From a virus, in the IMG/VR virus record IMGVR_UViG_3300027899_001695, positions 36,208-100,207 of that record: DNA of 64,000 nucleotides; one strand, written 5' to 3'. The notes under the pieces were generated by a model. That model had not been told where the DNA came from. It worked only from the letters and a program-made list of their open reading frames with translations, and ran no database searches. Position 1 is the first letter of the stretch; each line of letters begins with the position of its first letter. Position numbers and translations under genes: made by a program. Below, one piece after another: positions 21,115-29,159 of the stretch.

Positions 21115-22568
21115 TGAAGAATATTCTTCGTGACGTAGAACAAGAAATTGAGAGACGTGGCATCCAAGAAGATGATGTTGCAGATATTGTACAAAGTGTG
21201 CCTGCATTAAAGAATCGGAGGATAGTGGGCGGTTATGCAAGTGTAATTATGGTAGATAGAGAAGGCCACAAGATTACCAAAGAAGCTTTAGTTGATGCTA
21301 CAAAGAGATTTATGGCTGAGATTTATTATCGCCCCATAAATGTGTTTCATTGCTTGACGGGGGAAACTCAAATAAGAACTACCTCAGGTTATAAAAATAT
21401 AGAAGCAATTAAAGTAGGAGATAAGGTTTATACTCATACTGGAAAGAGCCAAAAAGTAACTAAAACGATTATGCATGAAAACAATGGCTTGGCTTTAAGA
21501 TTAGAATTAGAGAATGGTGAAGTTATTCGTGTAACAGACGAGCATCCTATCTTAACTAAACGTGGGTGGGTAAAAGCAGGTGACTTAACTACTCAAGATA
21601 TTCTTCTGCATTTAGAATCGTCTGCTAAAGAATACCATGATAAAGTACGAGGAAAGTCTTTAGTAGGTATATTTGGTATAGAGAAAGCTAAAGAAGTGTT
21701 ATTAAAAATGCGGGGAAAAAGAGAAAGTTATACTGTTACAGAAAAACATAATTCGCAACAAAGAAAAGGGCATACATGGCAAGAAGTATATGGTCATAAT
21801 AAACCTGATTATGGTGGCTGTGTTGGAGAAAAGAACCCTCAATTTGGTAACAAGGGTAGAATAACTGGAGAAAAGAACCCTAACTGGAACAATGGGGCTT
21901 CTCTTATAGCTTATGGAATAGGGTTTACTAAAGAATTAAAAGAAAATATACGAAAAGCGTGTGACAACAGATGCTTCTTATGTGGAGAACAACCCAAATA
22001 TAGTCTTTCAATACATCATATTGATTACAATAAGAAGAATAATCAAGAAGATAATTTAATTGCATTATGTAGAAAGTGCCACATGAAAGCACATAATGAA
22101 GAACGATTGGCTATTAAGAACGGAACTAATATCAAGTCTATCGAGAAGTTTTGGTATACTGGAAAGGTGTATAATCTTGAAGTAGATATAGACCACACAT
22201 ATGTAGGAAAAGGTATTATCTACCATAATTCAGATGTTACAGTTGGAAGGATACTTCCTAAGTGGGCAAACCCAAAAACAGGTCAGATAGTAGTAACGCA
22301 TGTAGATGATACTGGATGGTATATAGTTGCAGAAATTCGTGATGATGTTGAGATTGCTGATAAGGTATGGGAAGAGATAGAAAAAGGAAACTTACGAAGT
22401 TTCTCAATTGCAGGGTCTTCTAAAGATAAAACTGAGGGATATAAAGATGGGAAGTTTATGACTGAAATAACAAAGTTAGACATATACGAAACTACGATTT
22501 GCGAAGAGCCCGTTTGCCCTATGGCTAAATTTGACTTCTTCTATAATCCTAACGAAACTATAATGTAA
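21114..22568 (+). CDS. HK97-family prohead protease, interrupted by an intein
   Basis: IVGGYASVIMVDREGHKI, catalytic His (NVFH), VWEEIEKGNLRSFSIAG (catalytic Ser), LDIYETTICEEP. Confidence 0.88.
   Translation: MKNILRDVEQEIERRGIQEDDVADIVQSVPALKNRRIVGGYASVIMVDREGHKITKEALVDATKRFMAEIYYRPINVFHCLTGETQIRTTSGYKNIEAIKVGDKVYTHTGKSQKVTKTIMHENNGLALRLELENGEVIRVTDEHPILTKRGWVKAGDLTTQDILLHLESSAKEYHDKVRGKSLVGIFGIEKAKEVLLKMRGKRESYTVTEKHNSQQRKGHTWQEVYGHNKPDYGGCVGEKNPQFGNKGRITGEKNPNWNNGASLIAYGIGFTKELKENIRKACDNRCFLCGEQPKYSLSIHHIDYNKKNNQEDNLIALCRKCHMKAHNEERLAIKNGTNIKSIEKFWYTGKVYNLEVDIDHTYVGKGIIYHNSDVTVGRILPKWANPKTGQIVVTHVDDTGWYIVAEIRDDVEIADKVWEEIEKGNLRSFSIAGSSKDKTEGYKDGKFMTEITKLDIYETTICEEPVCPMAKFDFFYNPNETIM
21351..22229 (+). 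mobile_element. Intein with HNH endonuclease in prohead protease
   Basis: CLTGET start, TDEHPILT block B, GEKNPNW repeats, CFLCG...HHIDYNKKNN...LCRKCH, ends VYNLEVD...IYHN followed by Ser. Confidence 0.92.
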
Positions 22569-22579
22569 GGAGAGTAAGA

Positions 22580-22768
22580 ATGACAGTAGCAATAATATGG
22601 ATGATATGTGTAATAATATTACAAGTAGTACTAACAGTATTAATATGGAACAATGATACAAGATTAACAAGACTTGAAAAGACCAAGAAATCTTCTCTTT
22701 TCCCCGCAAAATTAAAAACAAAAGGTAAGGTAATACCCTATGTCGCACCTATTAGAAAGAATAAATAG
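22580..22768 (+). CDS. Small single-TM protein
   Basis: GGAG RBS; hydrophobic N-terminus. Confidence 0.5.
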   Translation: MTVAIIWMICVIILQVVLTVLIWNNDTRLTRLEKTKKSSLFPAKLKTKGKVIPYVAPIRKNK

Positions 22769-23357
22769 TTTAATTATTAAAGACGAGAAAACAAGAGGGC
22801 TAGTTACACCTAAAGATGTAATGGCCAAGCCTCATGCTATGGCTGGTAAAGTACGTAAGAAGCTTCGTAACGTAGAAGGAGGGCCACAAGACGAACCCAT
22901 AAGTCCTACAAAAGAACGACATAGTGGAAAAAAGGGAAAAGTACCTAAGATAATCATGGAATGGGTAAGACGTAATGGTAAGATGTTTATGCGTAGGCGG
23001 ACTATCATGGTAAATCCAGAAGAAGTTGAGTCACATGATAAAGTAGTAAAAGTATATTTGAACAAAAAGCATATAGATAACCCAAGATGGGTAGAGTTTG
23101 CGATGCAGGCCTATGCAAGAAATATTAAATTTACAAAGAAAATGGAAGGGTATGCAGTATGGCATGACCCTGAAGACCCTTTGCAGAAAATAGTATATAA
23201 GTCACATGATGATAAAAAGAAGACTGTACTGGTACATAATACAAAATTATCTGAAAAGGTATTATTGAGAGTATTTAATATTACGCAAAAAGAAAAACAA
23301 GAAGGCCTTGAAGAAGTCGAACAGCAACAAAAGAAACAAGGAATTATTCCTGAATAA
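22740..23357 (+). CDS. Basic hypothetical protein, possibly head-associated
   Basis: N-terminal LLERINSLIIKD helix. Confidence 0.55.
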   Translation: MSHLLERINSLIIKDEKTRGLVTPKDVMAKPHAMAGKVRKKLRNVEGGPQDEPISPTKERHSGKKGKVPKIIMEWVRRNGKMFMRRRTIMVNPEEVESHDKVVKVYLNKKHIDNPRWVEFAMQAYARNIKFTKKMEGYAVWHDPEDPLQKIVYKSHDDKKKTVLVHNTKLSEKVLLRVFNITQKEKQEGLEEVEQQQKKQGIIPE

Positions 23358-23362
23358 ATGAA

Positions 23363-23394
23363 GAAGCCCAGACTAAAAATCTGGGCTTTCTTTC
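23363..23394. terminator. Intrinsic terminator, probably bidirectional
   Basis: gaagcccaga-loop-tctgggcttt between convergent genes. Confidence 0.75.
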
Positions 23395-23547
23395 ATATAC
23401 CGACATCGCAACATCGGTACTTAAATTGGTGGTGTACACCACAATGCAAGAGCAGTAAACAAGAGTATTAGTCCGATTGCCCATACAAGTAATAACCTAC
23501 CAAATCCCTGCATACTGTCAGTCTCCATATTATTCATCTTATGTCTA

Positions 23548-23862
23548 TTATACTCCTTTAGAGACATCTTTCAAACTATCTAGCTTTGTATTAATTCCTT
23601 TTCCCCACATTTTTATTTTAATTGGTTCGTTATTTCCAAACTTCTTGTATACTCTGCATATCTCACAGATGGAAGTATCATCCCCTGTTGCACCGAAGTC
23701 ATTGAGTTTGCAGTAAGTCCCTTCAATTTCCCAACAATGTAGGAACGTGTATTTAGGTGCAGGACAGTCACGCTTAATCATCTCAGGACAATGGCACTTG
23801 TCCCAACAGGCTTCTGTGTCTTGCCATACACTTGTTTTGGTTTCCATTTCTATCTTATTCAT
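23548..23862 (-). CDS. Two-CW-motif Cys-rich protein (only convincing minus-strand gene)
   Basis: CWDKCHC...CPA...CWEIEGTYC...CEICRVY; AGGAGG RBS; own promoter. Confidence 0.75.
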   Translation of the reverse strand: MNKIEMETKTSVWQDTEACWDKCHCPEMIKRDCPAPKYTFLHCWEIEGTYCKLNDFGATGDDTSICEICRVYKKFGNNEPIKIKMWGKGINTKLDSLKDVSKGV

Positions 23863-23889
23863 GATTTCCTCCTACTTGATTTATACCTT

Positions 23890-23919
23890 ATTATATAGTA
23901 TAATAGGATGGTGGGTCAA
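23890..23919 (-). promoter_or_regulatory. Sigma70-type promoter TTGACC-N18-TATAAT
   Basis: Read on reverse strand upstream of 23862. Confidence 0.6.
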
Positions 23920-23971
23920 TAGAGCAAAAGGCGTAATCGGATATACGCATAAATGCTTAGAGTATGGGGTA

Positions 23972-24001
23972 GGTAGCTTCAAAACCCCCCTGTGCTATAC
24001 T
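23972..24001 (+). promoter_or_regulatory. Repeated promoter GTAGCTTCAAAACCC-TGnTATACT, copy 1 of 10
   Basis: Invariant 17-bp spacing GTAGCT to TATACT in all copies. Confidence 0.8.
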
Positions 24002-24066
24002 GTCCACAGAGAGAAAAAATGCGAAGAAAAAGACAAAAAGCAATTAAAAATGTGGAGAAAAAGAAA

Positions 24067-24270
24067 ATGCTTATTAATGAGATTAAATGTACTCTTGCAG
24101 AATGCCCTCATTATCATGCTTGGCATAATGGTAAGTATCCTACTGATGGAAGATTGTGTGCTTATTATCCTAATTTAAGTACTACTCATTGTAATAAATG
24201 GACAAGGATAGATGAATTTAAGTTGTTTTTAGCAATTCATAAGGAGAAACGAAATGTCGAGAAGTTATAA
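24067..24270 (+). CDS. Cys-rich microprotein, DPFK-tail family
   Basis: Ends WTRIDEFKLFLAIHK; GGAG RBS before ATG 24067. Confidence 0.6.
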   Translation: MLINEIKCTLAECPHYHAWHNGKYPTDGRLCAYYPNLSTTHCNKWTRIDEFKLFLAIHKEKRNVEKL

Positions 24271-24487
24271 ACATATTGCTTGTTATACAGACCATAATGC
24301 TTCTACATGGAGAAGAAAGCGTTGGGCATCCAAAGCTATTCGTAGGAAGATACTTGAGTTAGTAGATGGTAATATGTATAAGAAAATATATGAAACTTGG
24401 GCTATTTGTGATTATCGTTTTAAGGTAGGATTTAAGATACCTAACCATTGGTCATACGAAGATTTAGCTAAAGCAAGGAGAAAGTAA
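24254..24487 (+). CDS. Small basic protein (MSRSYK type)
   Basis: GGAG RBS; recurrent phage pattern MSRSYK...YKKIY..W.I.DY. Confidence 0.6.
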   Translation: MSRSYKHIACYTDHNASTWRRKRWASKAIRRKILELVDGNMYKKIYETWAICDYRFKVGFKIPNHWSYEDLAKARRK

Positions 24488-24703
24488 ATGGAATGTAAAG
24501 AATGTAACAATGCTATTGTGCATGTTGATGGAGTAACGGCCCATATACAAGGAGAGTGGCACGTAGTAGAACGTAAAGCACGTATGGTTAAAGCACATAA
24601 ATGCGGTTATCATTTAAACTGCTTTGAGTATAGGTTTGACCCTTTTAAACGATGTCTATTAATAAAAAAAGCGGAGAAAGAAGAAAATGAAAACAGAGAT
24701 TAG
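24488..24703 (+). CDS. Cys-rich microprotein, DPFK-tail family
   Basis: CKEC...; FDPFKRCLLIKK. Confidence 0.6.
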   Translation: MECKECNNAIVHVDGVTAHIQGEWHVVERKARMVKAHKCGYHLNCFEYRFDPFKRCLLIKKAEKEENENRD

Positions 24704-25322
24704 ATGGTGTTCAGATATAGGACTGTATGTACTTGATAGGTCGAAAGACTCTTGTGCTTATCGTACTACATTTTGTGTCTTGAACTGTTATAACAATAAG
24801 ATGTATAAGGTATTCAAGAATATGCTCAAGAAAGATGTAAGAAATGAAGCATATTGGGCATCACTTACACCAAAGGAATTTGCTCGTGGATTAAGATATA
24901 AGCGTCATAGTGTAGCAAGATTTAGGTTCTGTGCAAGAGGAGAGCCGTTTGATGATGGTAGTGCTGTTGTTAAGATAGCAGATATAGTATCATCATTTCC
25001 AAATATACTATTTCAGCTTCCTACAAGGGCATGGCGAAATCCTTTAATGAAACTATTAATTGAAGATAGAGTTATGAAGTTTCCCAATGCAAGAGTAATA
25101 GCTTCAATTGACCCATCAAATACAGAGAAAGAATTATTAAGTGCTCATGAATGGAGAACATTCTTCTTTGGTGATGATACTAAGCATCCATATGAGAATG
25201 AAAATCCTAATCGAGTATTTAGATGCCCAAAAACATGGCAACATATGAAAGGGCATTGTGAGATATGTGAAGCAGGGTGCTTTAATAAGGAGAAGAAACA
25301 CGTATGGCTAAAACAGCATTAG
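24687..25322 (+). CDS. Phage gp88-like radical-SAM-related protein
   Basis: CAYRTTFCVLNCY Cys cluster, RFRFCARGE, C-terminal CP...CEICEAGC. Confidence 0.65.
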   Translation: MKTEIRWCSDIGLYVLDRSKDSCAYRTTFCVLNCYNNKMYKVFKNMLKKDVRNEAYWASLTPKEFARGLRYKRHSVARFRFCARGEPFDDGSAVVKIADIVSSFPNILFQLPTRAWRNPLMKLLIEDRVMKFPNARVIASIDPSNTEKELLSAHEWRTFFFGDDTKHPYENENPNRVFRCPKTWQHMKGHCEICEAGCFNKEKKHVWLKQH

Positions 25323-25576
25323 AAATAAAAAAAGATAGGTTGTTGGGGAGACGTTATGTGCTTTATAGTGATATAAAGTGGGAATGTACTCATGACAATA
25401 AAATAATAAATAGGCTTAAAATATCAACAAAAGATGGAAAAAGTTTATATCCAAACCATTTCTATCTAAGCGACCATGACTATCTTACTGTACCAATGAT
25501 GTGTGAACAATGCTTCAAGAAAAAGCGATTGTTACTGGCATTGGGTGGAAGAAAGTTAGAACGGATAGATAAATGA
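25304..25576 (+). CDS. Cys-containing microprotein
   Basis: CEQCFKKKRLLLAL tail. Confidence 0.5.
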   Translation: MAKTALEIKKDRLLGRRYVLYSDIKWECTHDNKIINRLKISTKDGKSLYPNHFYLSDHDYLTVPMMCEQCFKKKRLLLALGGRKLERIDK

Positions 25577-25770
25577 TAAGTATAGAACATGCACAAGCCT
25601 TATGTGAACTTGTATCAGAAATACCGAAATTTCAAAATTGTAACCATCCTATCTTTTGCAAACTTGCTCCACAAGGTGGTTGTGTTGTGTGGCATAATAT
25701 AGACCCATTTAAACGCAAGTTACTGGAGATAAAATATAAGGAGAAAAATGAGCGAAACAGTATCAAATGA
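25573..25770 (+). CDS. Cys-rich microprotein, DPFK-tail family
   Basis: WHNIDPFKRKLLEIKYKE. Confidence 0.65.
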   Translation: MISIEHAQALCELVSEIPKFQNCNHPIFCKLAPQGGCVVWHNIDPFKRKLLEIKYKEKNERNSIK

Positions 25771-26062
25771 TTATTTCTGTACTTTGGAATTAGATAATAT
25801 CAAGAAATGCAGAGTACGTCTTAATACAGGAAGTCTTATGGGGTTAGGCAATAGGATTGTCTGCTCTCATAAATACAACATGTATAAAGAACTGAATGAC
25901 CCAAAGCAGTATGGCTGTGAACGAGTGTCTTCTATTGGGCAAGTAAAGTCAGAACTACTTTGTCTTATTCAAGACCCATTCAAGAAGACTTTGCTAAAAG
26001 CAAAAGCAAAAATACTATTCAAAGAATTGGCACGTAAGGAGAAGAAAAATGAAAATTCTTAA
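25748..26062 (+). CDS. Cys-rich microprotein, DPFK-tail family
   Basis: IQDPFKKTLLKAK. Confidence 0.65.
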   Translation: MSETVSNDYFCTLELDNIKKCRVRLNTGSLMGLGNRIVCSHKYNMYKELNDPKQYGCERVSSIGQVKSELLCLIQDPFKKTLLKAKAKILFKELARKEKKNENS

Positions 26063-26651
26063 AACAGAGGACATTAAAACAGCACTCGTAGCATGGCTAA
26101 AAACAGCATATACAGACAATTATGAGATAGATGCAGGACATTATTATACATCGATTCGTATGAAAGATGTAGGTAGTGTAGAGTTACATTTTCTTAAGAG
26201 ACGCCATATTCGTGTAAAAGGAATGACTGGAGAGCAGTTAATTGGTGGTGGTGTTTCGTTTAATGGTAGGCGTGATGGTGATATGCTTGTTCATGGTGGT
26301 GCTAAGAGCGATTTTGGCGTCTTTGATGAAGTAGAGTTTAAAAGACGTATTGATGCTCGCTTTAAGGGCAAGATAGAACAAGCCGAAGCTTCTAAGAAAT
26401 CACAGCAAGAATGGAAAGATAAATGTGTCACTTTAGACCCAATACTAACAGCCATTGGGTTTACTCTCGATAATAGATATTCTTGGCAAAAAGCATGGGA
26501 GTATGACCGTAAAGTAAGTATAAATCTGCGTCAAGGGTCTAAATTAAGTATAGACCTGCATAGTCAGAATATATCCGAAGAGGAAATACTAAAATTGGCT
26601 AAAGTAATAAAGGAGACTTTAAGTGGAGAACTTACAAGTAATACTATCTGA
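26049..26651 (+). CDS. Hypothetical protein
   Basis: ORF with GGAG RBS. Confidence 0.6.
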   Translation: MKILKTEDIKTALVAWLKTAYTDNYEIDAGHYYTSIRMKDVGSVELHFLKRRHIRVKGMTGEQLIGGGVSFNGRRDGDMLVHGGAKSDFGVFDEVEFKRRIDARFKGKIEQAEASKKSQQEWKDKCVTLDPILTAIGFTLDNRYSWQKAWEYDRKVSINLRQGSKLSIDLHSQNISEEEILKLAKVIKETLSGELTSNTI

Positions 26652-27006
26652 ATGTCTTAAAATGGTAGATATAACAGGAGAGGTTAAAGCTACTGATAGA
26701 GAGTTTCACTATATCTTAGATGGTATGGTGGTAGAAAATAAACATGTGATTAAACATATGTCTAAAGATATCATAGCTAAACCTGTCTTTCAGTTGTTGC
26801 ATGATTGGCTTATTTGTGATAAAATGGATTATATCATGAATAGGCAACATATCATGACAATAGCATCAGGATATTTAAGCAGATATAAAGATATATTTGC
26901 TGTTGATTTATATCCTTTAACCGCAAAAATAAAAATAGAAGAACCAGTACTAATTAAGGAGAAAAAACGTGGAAAATTCAAAAAAGCTATGCCCAAACTG
27001 CAATAG
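26623..27006 (+). CDS. Hypothetical protein
   Basis: ORF with GGAG RBS. Confidence 0.55.
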   Translation: MENLQVILSECLKMVDITGEVKATDREFHYILDGMVVENKHVIKHMSKDIIAKPVFQLLHDWLICDKMDYIMNRQHIMTIASGYLSRYKDIFAVDLYPLTAKIKIEEPVLIKEKKRGKFKKAMPKLQ

Positions 27007-27319
27007 AGAACTCGCTCCCGCAGGAGTAAACAGTGCAAATGAGTTAGCCTATCAATGTGGGCATTGTCTCTTGACTGGTGGTACTCTTGCAGAAATGGCA
27101 AGAATAGCAATAGAGAAAAAGAAGCGAGTAGAAGCTACCGCTTCCTTATTCAAATGCAAGATGTGTAATGAGAGTGTGCCATCTACCAAAATAAATCTTG
27201 CTGATACATTTCCAACTGGAATGTTAGAACTTATACATGTTTGTGATGATTGTATGCCACTTTTGGCTATATCGGAAGCAAAACGTAGGGAGAAAATAAA
27301 TGACACAAGAAGAGCGTAA
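26969..27319 (+). CDS. Double zinc-ribbon protein
   Basis: CPNC, CGHC, CKMC, CDDC. Confidence 0.6.
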   Translation: MENSKKLCPNCNRELAPAGVNSANELAYQCGHCLLTGGTLAEMARIAIEKKKRVEATASLFKCKMCNESVPSTKINLADTFPTGMLELIHVCDDCMPLLAISEAKRREKINDTRRA

Positions 27320-27692
27320 AGAGTTTGATGAACTTATATGTGGTTCAACCTGTTTTTCAAGACCTTGTTGTATAAGACGTACTGCCGCACATCAATTAGT
27401 ATATTCTGATGGCATATACCATTGTTCTATGCACTCATATTGTTCACGAGTAACGCCTGTTCGTGGTAAGATTGCTAAATGGGTAGGTCGGTATGAGGGC
27501 AAGAATGATGCTTTTAAGATTAACTTAATAAATCGTAAACTCAAAGCCTTAAAAACTGAGATTAAGGCAAGCACAATGAAACTGATTACACAAAATGGTA
27601 AAACATGGGTGGAAGTAAATGGTATGGTGGTATCGCCATCACGCTTTTCTTCGCAATGGTGGAAATTCAAGTTTGAGCGAGAAGAGAGGTAG
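27300..27692 (+). CDS. Cys-rich protein, DPFK-tail family variant
   Basis: NDAFKINLINRKLK; stop codon is the TAG inside promoter repeat 2. Confidence 0.55.
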   Translation: MTQEERKEFDELICGSTCFSRPCCIRRTAAHQLVYSDGIYHCSMHSYCSRVTPVRGKIAKWVGRYEGKNDAFKINLINRKLKALKTEIKASTMKLITQNGKTWVEVNGMVVSPSRFSSQWWKFKFEREER

Positions 27693-27717
27693 CTTCAAAA
27701 CCCCTGTGTGCTATACT
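27688..27717 (+). promoter_or_regulatory. Repeated promoter, copy 2 (followed by hairpin aacaggtgg-aaaa-ccacctgtt)
   Basis: ggtagcttcaaaacccctgtgtgctatact. Confidence 0.8.
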
Positions 27718-27850
27718 AAAGAACAGGTGGAAAACCACCTGTTACTGATAGTAGGAGAGAAAAGAAATGTTTTTATTTATCACAATAAGTTTAATTTTGG
27801 TACTGACTATGATGGTTATGTGGGCTGTATATCACATTGTGGAGTAATAC

Positions 27851-28072
27851 ATGATGACTTATAGGAGTTATACAATGAATTTATCTAAACAACACTTTAA
27901 TGAACTATGCCAATTAGCAGACTGTATTGATAAATGTGAATATAATAAAAGTAGAAACTGTGTCGCTTGGATTTTAATAGACCCATTCAAGCGTAAATTA
28001 CTTGAAGTAAAATATACAAATGCGGAGAAAAGAATGAAATGGAAAAAGCAAAACCAAATATTGGAAATATAG
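27851..28072 (+). CDS. Cys-rich microprotein, DPFK-tail family
   Basis: WILIDPFKRKLLEVKY. Confidence 0.65.
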   Translation: MMTYRSYTMNLSKQHFNELCQLADCIDKCEYNKSRNCVAWILIDPFKRKLLEVKYTNAEKRMKWKKQNQILEI

Positions 28073-28332
28073 AAATTGAACAGGTTGCTAAAATGCTTAA
28101 TATGCAACCAAAGATTAAAACAACTAAACGATGTATTATTGAGGCTTTTAGTAGTCTTATAATATGGTTAGAGGAGCCTTGCAAGGAAGAATTGCATTTT
28201 CCTGAAGAAGGTCGTGACCATTATATTCGGTATGTGAAAGGACAATATACACATCGTAAATATTGCCCCATATGTTGGAAAGAATTTAAGGAGAGTATAG
28301 CACATGATGACATTAAAAGATTTCATGGATAA
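28039..28332 (+). CDS. Hypothetical Cys/His protein
   Basis: WLEEPC...HRKYCPICW. Confidence 0.55.
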   Translation: MEKAKPNIGNIEIEQVAKMLNMQPKIKTTKRCIIEAFSSLIIWLEEPCKEELHFPEEGRDHYIRYVKGQYTHRKYCPICWKEFKESIAHDDIKRFHG

Positions 28333-28990
28333 GAGAAAACAGGGCGAACAGCCTACAACTGAGGAAGCACTTGAAATGCCTGTGGCTCAAGCTACTATTA
28401 AACGTATTGAGCGTAAAGAGGATATGGATGAACACCGCAAAGGCGTTCTAACAAGGGCAAAGATACTGGCAAAGTTTGCAGGAATTAAATTTAAGGCAAG
28501 GGAACTGGTAGACGAATGGATACTTGTTACCTATGACCTACCTGCTACTGATGCAGGTAATAAGGCTCGTCAGGATTTTCTTAGACTTGCACCACGAATA
28601 GGTGCAGTCATGCACACGAAATCTGTATACCTTATGCCTAATACGAATGAGTGTCAGACTGCTACTGTTGATTTGGCAAAGATTGGGAATGTCTATATTT
28701 GGACTTCCAAGGCCAATGATGAAGCATCAAAGAAACAGCTAACCGACCTTTATGACGAACGAATAAAAGGCGGAATAAAAGAAATAAAAGAGAGGATGTC
28801 TTCTATTCGTAAGCATATGGCTAAGGAACAGAATGGCATGGCTAATAGGATGGTAGAGAAAACGATTGATATATTCAATAATAGTGTATTCTCTGTTGTT
28901 CAACGTGGCAATGCTGAACTGTATAATCTGCTTGCTACAATGCGTGACGAATTACAGGAGTTACAGCATGAAGTGGAAAGCAAGGTCTAA
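28304..28990 (+). CDS. ChrB-N / PaaX-middle (Cas2-like ferredoxin fold) domain protein
   Basis: WILVTYDLP...RQDFLRLAPRIGAVMHTKSVYLMP followed by helical region. Confidence 0.55.
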   Translation: MMTLKDFMDKRKQGEQPTTEEALEMPVAQATIKRIERKEDMDEHRKGVLTRAKILAKFAGIKFKARELVDEWILVTYDLPATDAGNKARQDFLRLAPRIGAVMHTKSVYLMPNTNECQTATVDLAKIGNVYIWTSKANDEASKKQLTDLYDERIKGGIKEIKERMSSIRKHMAKEQNGMANRMVEKTIDIFNNSVFSVVQRGNAELYNLLATMRDELQELQHEVESKV

Positions 28991-29159
28991 AGCAGAGCAG
29001 AGAAAGCTATGCTTACTCTCTGAGTGTACTTATTCTGAGTGCTACAATAGAAACACTAAACGTGTGGCTTATTGTAGCATTTGGGATGAAATAGACCCAT
29101 TCAAAAAGTTATTACTTGAAATAAAATATAAAAAACAGGAGAAACAGAAAAATGGCTAA
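28968..29159 (+). CDS. Cys-rich microprotein, DPFK-tail family
   Basis: WDEIDPFKKLLLEIKYKK; GGAG RBS before ATG 28968. Confidence 0.65.
   Translation: MKWKARSKAEQRKLCLLSECTYSECYNRNTKRVAYCSIWDEIDPFKKLLLEIKYKKQEKQKNG

Noticed and set aside
25573-29159. Diversity-generating retroelement behind the variable microproteins
   Set aside because: No reverse transcriptase in the window and differences between copies are not adenine-specific
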